Source: an uncultured Gammaproteobacteria bacterium
GTDB lineage: Bacteria; Patescibacteriota; Microgenomatia; UBA8517; UBA10165
Length of the DNA stretch: 47,670 nt
Reading direction: 5' to 3'
Assembly: GCA_964366515.1 (NCBI GenBank)
Contig: CAYIUF010000004.1
Location: forward strand, 1 to 47,670
The notes below the pieces were generated by a model that was given only the letters and a program-made list of their open reading frames with translations, ran no database searches and had not been told where the DNA came from. Position 1 is the stretch's first letter. Every line of letters starts with the position of its first letter. The position numbers were made by a program, and so were the translations under genes. Positions 10,359-17,760 of this stretch are shown here, one piece after another.

Positions 10359-11483
10359 GTGAAATACAAAAAGGTGCTGGTAACAGGGGGTGCTGGATTT
10401 ATCGGATCTCACACTGTTGACCTTCTTCTTAAAAAGGGATATAAGGTCCGAGTCCTGGACAACCTTCAGGAACGAGTTCACCCAAAAGGTAAGCCAAAAT
10501 ATCTCCCTAGGGAAGTTGAATTTGTTAAAGGAGATGTGACAAATCCTAAGGATTTACTTAGAAGCTTAAAAGGGGTTGACGCTGTTTTCCACCTCGCCGC
10601 ATACCAAGACTATATGCCTGACTTCTCCCGCTTTATCCATACTAACTCTGAAAGTACAGCACTTTTATTTGAATTAATTCTCGCCCACAAATTACCTATT
10701 AAGAAAATCGTTTTTGCATCCTCTCAGTCTGTAGCTGGTGATGGGAAATGGAAATGCAAAACCCACGGAGAGTTCTGGGCCGAGCAGCGGCCAGTAGAAC
10801 AGTTACAAAAGGGCGAGTGGGATCTTAAATGTCCAAAGTGTAAAAAGCCTGCTAAGAATGTTCTAATGACAGAAGACATTGCTAAACCAATCACAACCTA
10901 CGGAGTCTCGAAATACACAATCGAATTGTTAGCTGACGTTTTAGGGAAGAAATACAATATCCCCACGGTTTGTTTGCGTTATACCTATGTGCAAGGGCCA
11001 AGGAACTCAATTTATAACGCGTATTCAGGAATAGCCAGAATTTTTGCTCAACAAATTCTAAACAACAGGAGGCCTATTTTGTTTGAGGATGGCCTTGGCC
11101 TTCGCGACTACATTAGCGTTTTTGATGTTGCAAGGGCAAACGTACTCGTTTTAGAAGATGACCGCGCGAACAACAAGGTTTATTTTGTTGGTGGAGGCAG
11201 GGCATATACAAACCTAGAATTCGCAAATACTATGCTAAAGGTATTTGACAGTAAGCTAGAACCTGAAATTCCAGGTCACTTCCGTTTAGGGGACACTCGC
11301 TCAACCGTTTCTAGCATTAAGGCTATTGGAAAACTTGGCTGGAAGCCAATGGTCAGCCTAGAACAATCAATGAGTCAGTATCGTGAATATGTCGAAAGTC
11401 TAGGAAAGATCGAAGATCGTACACATGAAAGCTTTAAGAAGATGGTCGAGCTTGGGATTATTAGAAAAGTCAACAAGTTATGA
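10359..11483 (+). CDS. NAD-dependent nucleotide-sugar epimerase/dehydratase with CxxH...CxxC insertion
   Basis: GGAGFIGSH, HLAA, YGVSK and RDYISV motifs; likely start GTG 10359 rather than the track's 10212. Confidence 0.87.
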   Translation: MKYKKVLVTGGAGFIGSHTVDLLLKKGYKVRVLDNLQERVHPKGKPKYLPREVEFVKGDVTNPKDLLRSLKGVDAVFHLAAYQDYMPDFSRFIHTNSESTALLFELILAHKLPIKKIVFASSQSVAGDGKWKCKTHGEFWAEQRPVEQLQKGEWDLKCPKCKKPAKNVLMTEDIAKPITTYGVSKYTIELLADVLGKKYNIPTVCLRYTYVQGPRNSIYNAYSGIARIFAQQILNNRRPILFEDGLGLRDYISVFDVARANVLVLEDDRANNKVYFVGGGRAYTNLEFANTMLKVFDSKLEPEIPGHFRLGDTRSTVSSIKAIGKLGWKPMVSLEQSMSQYREYVESLGKIEDRTHESFKKMVELGIIRKVNKL

Positions 11484-12196
11484 TAGGTGTATTACTAGCT
11501 GCGGGTGCAGGGACTCGATTATCGCCCATCACCAAAGTTTGCAATAAACTTGTACTGCCTATATACGACAAACCGATGATTTACTATCCTCTGCAAACTC
11601 TTCTCGACTCTGGAATTTCAGAAGTCGTAGTAGTAGTTGGGGAGTTCAAGGAGCAAATTAAAGTGTTAATTGAGCAATTCCCCCACCGCTCCCAACTCAA
11701 AGTTAAGTATGTAATTCAGAAAAAACTAAACGGAATGGCTGGAGCAATAAAGTGTGTGCGCCCATTCACGAGACAAGAAAGTATATTTGTAATTGCCGGA
11801 GATAATGTTTTTGTAAATAACTTTAAGAAAGAGGTTGGTGAGTTTGAAAAGGGTGCAGTGTCTTTCTTGCGGAAGGTATATGATCCTCATTGTTTTGGAG
11901 TGCCATATTATCACGAAAAAAGGCTTATAAAAATTGTAGAGAAGCCTAAAAAGCCACCCACCAACTGGATAGTCTCAGGTCCTCACTTATTCGACAAAAA
12001 TGTTTATTATCACATTGAAAAACTTATCCCCTCAGCCCGGGGCGAACTCGAGATAACAGATCTGAATAGCAGATATATTGATAAAGGTTTGCTTAGACTC
12101 AAAAAACGCACTGACTATTGGGCTGATACCGGAACATTTGAGTCACTTCTTAAGACTAGTGTCATGATCCAAAAGCTAGTACCAAAACGCTCATGA
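11480..12196 (+). CDS. Sugar-1-phosphate nucleotidyltransferase (short RmlA/SpsI-like)
   Basis: LAAGAGTRL, LPIYDKPMIYY, EKP, SARGELEITD and WADTGT motifs. Confidence 0.88.
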   Translation: MIGVLLAAGAGTRLSPITKVCNKLVLPIYDKPMIYYPLQTLLDSGISEVVVVVGEFKEQIKVLIEQFPHRSQLKVKYVIQKKLNGMAGAIKCVRPFTRQESIFVIAGDNVFVNNFKKEVGEFEKGAVSFLRKVYDPHCFGVPYYHEKRLIKIVEKPKKPPTNWIVSGPHLFDKNVYYHIEKLIPSARGELEITDLNSRYIDKGLLRLKKRTDYWADTGTFESLLKTSVMIQKLVPKRS

Positions 12197-13176
12197 ATGT
12201 AGGAATCATTGGAGCTGGACTAATCGGTAACAAGCGAGCAGTAGCACTTGCTAACTTCAAAAACGACCGCATATTAGCAGTGGCAGACATAGATGAACAA
12301 AAAGCACGAAGTTTGGCGAAGATCTTAGGCTGCGAACACACCACGGACTCAAAGAAGATAGCAACCAACCGCGAAATCGATATCGTAATCGTTTCAACGA
12401 TAAATAAATATCTTGCGCCATTATGCTTACAAGCACTAAAAGCTGGGAAGCATGTGTTGTGCGAGAAACCCCTTGGGGTAAACACAAAAGAGATTGCTAA
12501 ATGCGTAGCTGTTGCAAAGAGAAAAAAGTTGATATATAAGGCTGGGTATAACCACAGGTTTCATCCTGCTATCATAAAGGCACATGAGCTGGTAGACAGT
12601 GGCTCTATTGGAAAACTCATGTTTATTAAGTCTAGTTATGGCCATGGGGCAAGACCTAATTATCACAAAGAGTGGAGGGCAAAAAAGTCCTTATCTGGCG
12701 GAGGGGAACTTCTAGACCAAGGGTGTCATGTGCTTGACCTAATGTTGTGGTTTTCAAAAAAGAAAGTAACACAAGTGCAAGCCTCACTCGGGGCAAAGTT
12801 CTGGCCAATTAGTCCTCTTGAAGATAACGCTTTTGTTTTGCTAGAACTTGGGGACGCATCCGCGAGCTTTCACACGAGTTGGACTCAATGGAAAAATGAG
12901 TTTGTTTTTGAGGTTTATGGCAAAGATGGATATCTTAAAGTAAACGGCTTGGGTGGCTCGTATGGGAAGGAGACACTTATCTTCGGTAAACGAATTCCAG
13001 GAAAAGTACCTATTGAGAAAAGATACGAATTTGATGGGCCAGACGAGTCTTGGATTCAGGAGTGGAAAAACTTTAAGCAAGCGATAAAAGATCCGAAAAA
13101 GTTATTAAGTCCCGGTAGTGAAAGCTTGGAAATAATAGGTATTATTGAAAAAATTTACACCAGTAAAACTAGTTAA
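12193..13176 (+). CDS. Gfo/Idh/MocA-family oxidoreductase
   Basis: GAGLIG, GKHVLCEKP, GYNHRF and GGGELLDQGCH motifs. Confidence 0.9.
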   Translation: MNVGIIGAGLIGNKRAVALANFKNDRILAVADIDEQKARSLAKILGCEHTTDSKKIATNREIDIVIVSTINKYLAPLCLQALKAGKHVLCEKPLGVNTKEIAKCVAVAKRKKLIYKAGYNHRFHPAIIKAHELVDSGSIGKLMFIKSSYGHGARPNYHKEWRAKKSLSGGGELLDQGCHVLDLMLWFSKKKVTQVQASLGAKFWPISPLEDNAFVLLELGDASASFHTSWTQWKNEFVFEVYGKDGYLKVNGLGGSYGKETLIFGKRIPGKVPIEKRYEFDGPDESWIQEWKNFKQAIKDPKKLLSPGSESLEIIGIIEKIYTSKTS

Positions 13177-13178
13177 AA

Positions 13179-14456
13179 TTAACCTCTACCTATACCTACG
13201 TATAAAAAGCCCTGTTTTTTGTAAGCTTCTTTATCAAGAAAGTTTCTTGCGTCAAAAATTATTTTGCTTTTCATGAGTTTGGAGAAGCTTGTGGGTCTTA
13301 GGTTCTTAAAATCATCCCAACCAGTCATTAGAATTAATGCGTCTAGGCCTTTAAAAAATTCATTGTCGTTTTTATAAACAATAAGGTTTTTAAGATTTGA
13401 TCCAGGATTTATTGCTGGATCAATTGCTCTGACTTCAGCTCCAGTCTTCTTAAGCAGGGCTGCTAACTCTATCGACTGAGATCTTCTTAGTGTGTCTGTA
13501 TCTGGTTTATATGTCAGTCCTAGAAGTCCGAGTCTTTTACCCTTTATTGATCCCATTACTTTTGTCATTTTTCTCACTAAGTTTGGTAGTCTTGCTTGAT
13601 TTACTGCGTAGGCCGCGTTAATTATTTTTGGCGAGTATTTAATTTTTCTTGATACCATTTTTAGTGTTTGTAGGTCTCTTCCTAGCGTGCCCCCCGCAAA
13701 TCCTATTCCTGGATTTAAAGGAGCTGTGGCGCTTACTCTCTTGTCTGTTTTTAGCGCTTTCATTACATCTTGACTATCGGCTCCTAATTCCTCACAAAGA
13801 TCACTTATCTCGCTACAAAAACTAATCATCAACGCAAGATATGAGTTAAGTGAGTGTTTGGCTATTTCGGCTGACTCTAACGCCATTTCCAGAAACGGGG
13901 CCTCAAAAAACGAAAAGTCTGATAAAAACTTTTTGCGGGTTTTTGGGTTATCTCCTCCCAACACGATCCTGTCGGGTTTCAGAAATATATTAATTGCCTG
14001 CCCCAGGCGCAAGTTCTCCGGAAGATAAAGTACTTGGTTTCTTTTTCCAGTTTTCTTTAGTTCTCTTTGTACTGCACGTGAAGTACCAACCGGAATCTGA
14101 CTTGATATAACGAGGGTGGTTTTAGGACTTATGTATTTTATTACCAATTCAATGATATTGTTGAATAAGTCCAAGGAAACAATGTCCTGATTGTTTACAG
14201 GGGTGTCAAGCGTAACAAACACATAGTCTTTATCGGAAATTGCCAGTTGAGGGTTACTGGTAAAGTTAAGATTTTCTCCATTATGCTTTTTTATTAACTC
14301 CTTAAGACCCGGCTCAAATAGGGGAGGTTTGTTTTCCTTAAGATTTTCTACAACTTCACTATCTGGATCGAAACCAACAACTTTAAAGCCTTGTTTTGCA
14401 AAACAGGCACTATAAACACAGCCTAAATGCCATAGTCCTACGGTACCGATTTTCAT
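13179..14456 (-). CDS. UDP-glucose/GDP-mannose dehydrogenase-family protein lacking the catalytic Cys
   Basis: PLFEPGL, PENLR, AEIAKH, GLTYKPDTD and FDARN motifs; GFAGGTLGRD replaces the canonical GxGGxCxPKD. Confidence 0.82.
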   Translation of the reverse strand: MKIGTVGLWHLGCVYSACFAKQGFKVVGFDPDSEVVENLKENKPPLFEPGLKELIKKHNGENLNFTSNPQLAISDKDYVFVTLDTPVNNQDIVSLDLFNNIIELVIKYISPKTTLVISSQIPVGTSRAVQRELKKTGKRNQVLYLPENLRLGQAINIFLKPDRIVLGGDNPKTRKKFLSDFSFFEAPFLEMALESAEIAKHSLNSYLALMISFCSEISDLCEELGADSQDVMKALKTDKRVSATAPLNPGIGFAGGTLGRDLQTLKMVSRKIKYSPKIINAAYAVNQARLPNLVRKMTKVMGSIKGKRLGLLGLTYKPDTDTLRRSQSIELAALLKKTGAEVRAIDPAINPGSNLKNLIVYKNDNEFFKGLDALILMTGWDDFKNLRPTSFSKLMKSKIIFDARNFLDKEAYKKQGFLYVGIGRG

Positions 14457-15316
14457 TGTTTTTTCTCGACAAAGTTTTTACCGTCGATTCTTCGAAGTCT
14501 GTAGAGGTTTTTATTAAGTGGCTTTACCTTTTTTAACAGTTCAATCGAATCCCATTTTGCGCTGAGTATGCAACCGGAAATATGATCTGACTCTTTAGAA
14601 GCCAAAAAGGCTACGAGTTTTGCTGAAAGTTCGGGAGGAGTTCCTCCCTTTTGTTTTAATAGTTTGGCCATTTTATACATGTCCTCACCTAACTGTGACT
14701 TTTTTAGTTTAAGTAAATTAAGATTTAAATCTGTGGCGACGCCTCCAGGTGCGATAGCGTTAACTTGGATGTTTTCCGACTCTAGTTCTTGGGCTAAAGT
14801 CTCTGTAAAAGCAGCAATCGCGGCTTTTGAAGTATAGTAGCCCGCAAACCGGGGTAAAGCTTTTGGTCCCCCGACTCCTGCTCCTGACAAATTAATAATC
14901 TTGCCACCTTTTTTTCTTTTCATATAGGGAATGGCTAACTTACTGCAGTGAACAGTCCCTAGTATGTTTATTTTTAGTATTTCCAACCAACCTTCGGGGT
15001 CATTTGTTTCAAGCAGCCCCACTGGTCCGTAAATTCCTGCGTTGTTGACTAACACATCTATCCTCCCCGTTTTTGAATATGCAAAGTTGATAAGCTTTTG
15101 GCAATCCTTAAACTTTGAAACGTCTGCTATTAAAGAATAGACTTTCCCCCTACCTCTTTTAAGTCTGTCCACGGCGATTTCAAGTTGTTCTTTGCTGCGA
15201 GAGCAAATAAACACGTTAGTTACACCTTGGTCTAGAAGTTCTTTTGTAATTGCAAAACCTATCCCTCTCGATCCCCCGGTAACTATGGCTGTTTTACCTT
15301 TTAATGTATTTTCCAT
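14453..15316 (-). CDS. Short-chain dehydrogenase/reductase (SDR)
   Basis: TGGSRGIG, NNAG, YYTSK (YxxxK) and VNAIAPG motifs. Confidence 0.9.
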   Translation of the reverse strand: MENTLKGKTAIVTGGSRGIGFAITKELLDQGVTNVFICSRSKEQLEIAVDRLKRGRGKVYSLIADVSKFKDCQKLINFAYSKTGRIDVLVNNAGIYGPVGLLETNDPEGWLEILKINILGTVHCSKLAIPYMKRKKGGKIINLSGAGVGGPKALPRFAGYYTSKAAIAAFTETLAQELESENIQVNAIAPGGVATDLNLNLLKLKKSQLGEDMYKMAKLLKQKGGTPPELSAKLVAFLASKESDHISGCILSAKWDSIELLKKVKPLNKNLYRLRRIDGKNFVEKKQ

Positions 15317-15362
15317 ATCGTGATTGTATCATACAAAATTTGTGATACTATCGGTATGTTAT
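15317..15362. promoter_or_regulatory. Divergent extended -10 pair
   Basis: TG-n-TACAAT (minus, hexamer 15323-15328) 6 nt before ATG 15316; TG-n-TACTAT (plus, 15346-15351) 11 nt before ATG 15363. Confidence 0.55.
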
Positions 15363-16349
15363 ATGATAATAACAAGGGCTCCATTTAGAATACCTTTAGG
15401 CGGAGGCGGAACGGATCTTCCATCTTATTATTCAAAATTTGGCGGAAAGCTTATTTCCGTTGCGATAGATAAATATATTTTAACTACTGTAAACCACCCG
15501 GTAAGTGATGACCTTATACGGCTTAAGTATTCAAAATCTGAAACAGTTAAGACAACTGCCCGTGTCAAACACCAATTAATTAAAGAGGCATTGGCTCTTA
15601 CAGGCATAAAACGCGGTATTGAACTCTCTTTCATTGCTGATATCCCAGCAGGCACTGGCATGGGTTCTTCGGGAACTTTCTTAGTGTCAATGCTAAAAGC
15701 AATCCATGCATTTAAAAAAGAAGAGGCGCCCGCTGGAAAAATTGCTGCGGAGGCCTGCCATATCGAGATTGAACGTTTGAACAGTCCAGTTGGTAAGCAA
15801 GACCAGTATATGGCAGCGTTCGGGGGAATTACCCAATTAACAATTGATAAAAAGGGGCATGTAGATGTCGATCAGCCAATTTCATCAAGATCTACCATTG
15901 AAGACCTCGAAGGAAGTTTGGTTCTTTTCTTTACGGGCATAAAGCGATCCGCAGGCGAGGTGTTAAACCTTCAAAATAAATCAACTCAAAACGGTGACAA
16001 AAAAGTTATTGATAGTCTTCATTATATTAAAGAGCTTGGTGAGGAAATAACAAAGACTCTCAAAAGAGGAGATATTAATAAATTTGGGATCCTACTTAAT
16101 ATGCATTGGGAGCACAAATTAAAACTTTCTGGAAAGATTTCAAATGAAAAAATAAATCGCTGGTACGAGATGGGTATTGATGCGGGAGCTCTTGGAGGTA
16201 AGCTGATTGGTGCTGGTGGCGGAGGATTTCTGTTGTTTTGTTGTCCGGGGGATAAAAAGAATTTAAGAAGGGCTATGGAGAGTGCGGGCTTGAAAGAAGT
16301 TTTCTTTAAGTTTGATTTTGACGGGGCAAAGGTTTTGGCAGATTTTTAA
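15363..16349 (+). CDS. GHMP-family sugar-phosphate anomeric kinase (HddA/LmbP-like)
   Basis: RAPFRIPLGGGGTD, PAGTGMGSS, GKQDQY and GKLIGAGGGG motifs. Confidence 0.88.
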   Translation: MIITRAPFRIPLGGGGTDLPSYYSKFGGKLISVAIDKYILTTVNHPVSDDLIRLKYSKSETVKTTARVKHQLIKEALALTGIKRGIELSFIADIPAGTGMGSSGTFLVSMLKAIHAFKKEEAPAGKIAAEACHIEIERLNSPVGKQDQYMAAFGGITQLTIDKKGHVDVDQPISSRSTIEDLEGSLVLFFTGIKRSAGEVLNLQNKSTQNGDKKVIDSLHYIKELGEEITKTLKRGDINKFGILLNMHWEHKLKLSGKISNEKINRWYEMGIDAGALGGKLIGAGGGGFLLFCCPGDKKNLRRAMESAGLKEVFFKFDFDGAKVLADF

Positions 16350-17107
16350 CTATTTGTTGGACCAGCTTTGAAGGCATCCTCGTAATCGCGTTGTGCATCA
16401 TCAATAAATCTTTTCGATTGAGGGTGAGCAAGCACCTTTTCCCAAAAAACTTTTGGAGGTATGGTAATTATATGTGCCCCAGACATTTGAGCTTCTCTTA
16501 TATCTTCTTTGGCTCTAATTGACCCAACAATAATCTCAGTTGTAAGTCCGTGTCTTTCAATAAAGTCTCTTGTGTTTTCAATTTCTCTACGCGGATCTGC
16601 TTGAGCGTCTTTCATTCTGTTAAAAAAGAGCGATACATATTGAATTGGTTCACCAACCCGTTCTCCTGCCTTCATATAACATACTGCTTGCTCTGCTGAC
16701 ATTAGGGCCGTCACATTCTTTTTTATTTCTTGTCCTTTAAGGGCTGCTATAAGCTCTAATGCCTTGCCGTCTTCGGTACCCCGAGTCCCCAGAAGATCAG
16801 TGTATGAGGGGATTTTAACAACCACATTTGGGCTAATTGCTGCTGTTTCTATTGCGGCTTTGATTAAATCTGGAAGTTCACCCTTAAGAATTTGAGAGCT
16901 TACAGGAACATCTGGGAAGGCAGATGCTATTTCAAGAAGGTAAGCATTCGGGTCTGAGCCTGCCGCTTCTCTTGCAATAATGCTTGGATTTGTTGTGATT
17001 CCTGTGAATATTCCCAAACCCATTAACCTCTTAAGTTCAGGCATAAGGGCCGTATCGGCGAAGTACTCTGCTATTGCCGGCTTGTTTGCACTATTTTCTG
17101 CTGCCAT
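16346..17107 (-). CDS. Transaldolase-family protein (small TalC/FSA type)
   Basis: FADTA, GITTNPS, VVKIP (Schiff-base Lys), GSIR and GAHIITIPP motifs. Confidence 0.88.
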   Translation of the reverse strand: MAAENSANKPAIAEYFADTALMPELKRLMGLGIFTGITTNPSIIAREAAGSDPNAYLLEIASAFPDVPVSSQILKGELPDLIKAAIETAAISPNVVVKIPSYTDLLGTRGTEDGKALELIAALKGQEIKKNVTALMSAEQAVCYMKAGERVGEPIQYVSLFFNRMKDAQADPRREIENTRDFIERHGLTTEIIVGSIRAKEDIREAQMSGAHIITIPPKVFWEKVLAHPQSKRFIDDAQRDYEDAFKAGPTNS

Positions 17108-17714
17108 TTTTGATAATTTCCTTTAGTTCGAAAATTAGACCGTGGGCAATTACACCATGAAATCCCTCTACAAGTCCAGTACCATAGACTTCGGAGTTTG
17201 TCGGGACAAGCAGACACACATCGGCCATCTTTTTCATTGCTCCCCCATCAAACCCTGAGAACCCAATTATTTTTGCTTTTCGTTTTTTAGCAAGACTCAT
17301 TGCTTGTACCAGGTTCTGAGACCATGGACCTGCTTCCCCAATGCCTGAGCCGCCGTGCACGGAGAATCCAACGAGAACATCTTTTTTAGTAATCCAGGGT
17401 TCGAGTTGACCGGAAAAGACACTTCCCCATCCTTTGTCATTTGTCCATGCACTCACCAAAGGAATGTTGTCAACAAGTCCCATTGCCTTAAATCTCTTTT
17501 TGTTCCTAATGATTGTTGTCTTTGCAATGTCTGCCGCAAAGTGAGTCGCAGTTGATGCCGACCCTCCACAGCCCATTGTATAAATTACACCTCCACGCTC
17601 GTAGCAGCCCATCAGGATTTTCAGTGCCTTCTTATATTCCTTAGAATTTGCATACTTTTTAGAAAAGTTTGAAATCTGCTGAAAATATACGGCTTGCTTA
17701 AACTTCTCGAGCAT
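17091..17714 (-). CDS. SIS-domain phosphosugar isomerase (GmhA/LmbN-like)
   Basis: GCGGSASTATHFAAD, SAWTND, GFDGG and VEGFH motifs; start ATG 17714 behind a TAAAAT box. Confidence 0.85.
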   Translation of the reverse strand: MLEKFKQAVYFQQISNFSKKYANSKEYKKALKILMGCYERGGVIYTMGCGGSASTATHFAADIAKTTIIRNKKRFKAMGLVDNIPLVSAWTNDKGWGSVFSGQLEPWITKKDVLVGFSVHGGSGIGEAGPWSQNLVQAMSLAKKRKAKIIGFSGFDGGAMKKMADVCLLVPTNSEVYGTGLVEGFHGVIAHGLIFELKEIIKNGSRK

Positions 17715-17760
17715 AAACAGGATTTTAGCACATTCTTTTCGAAAAATGATACACTCTATT
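17715..17760. promoter_or_regulatory. Divergent extended -10 pair
   Basis: TG-n-TAAAAT (minus, 17722-17727) 7 nt before ATG 17714; TG-n-TACACT (plus, 17750-17755) 5 nt before GTG 17761. Confidence 0.55.

Noticed and set aside
10212-10369. Long overlapping N-terminal extensions in the ORF track (10212, 10369, 15324, 17822, 20530, 26885, 34342)
   Set aside because: They overlap neighbouring genes or the inserted element; family homology and -10 or stop/start coupling point to downstream starts
11480-12196. Calling this gene rmlA and a dTDP-rhamnose pathway
   Set aside because: No recognisable rmlB/C/D in the window; nucleotide and sugar specificity cannot be fixed from motifs alone
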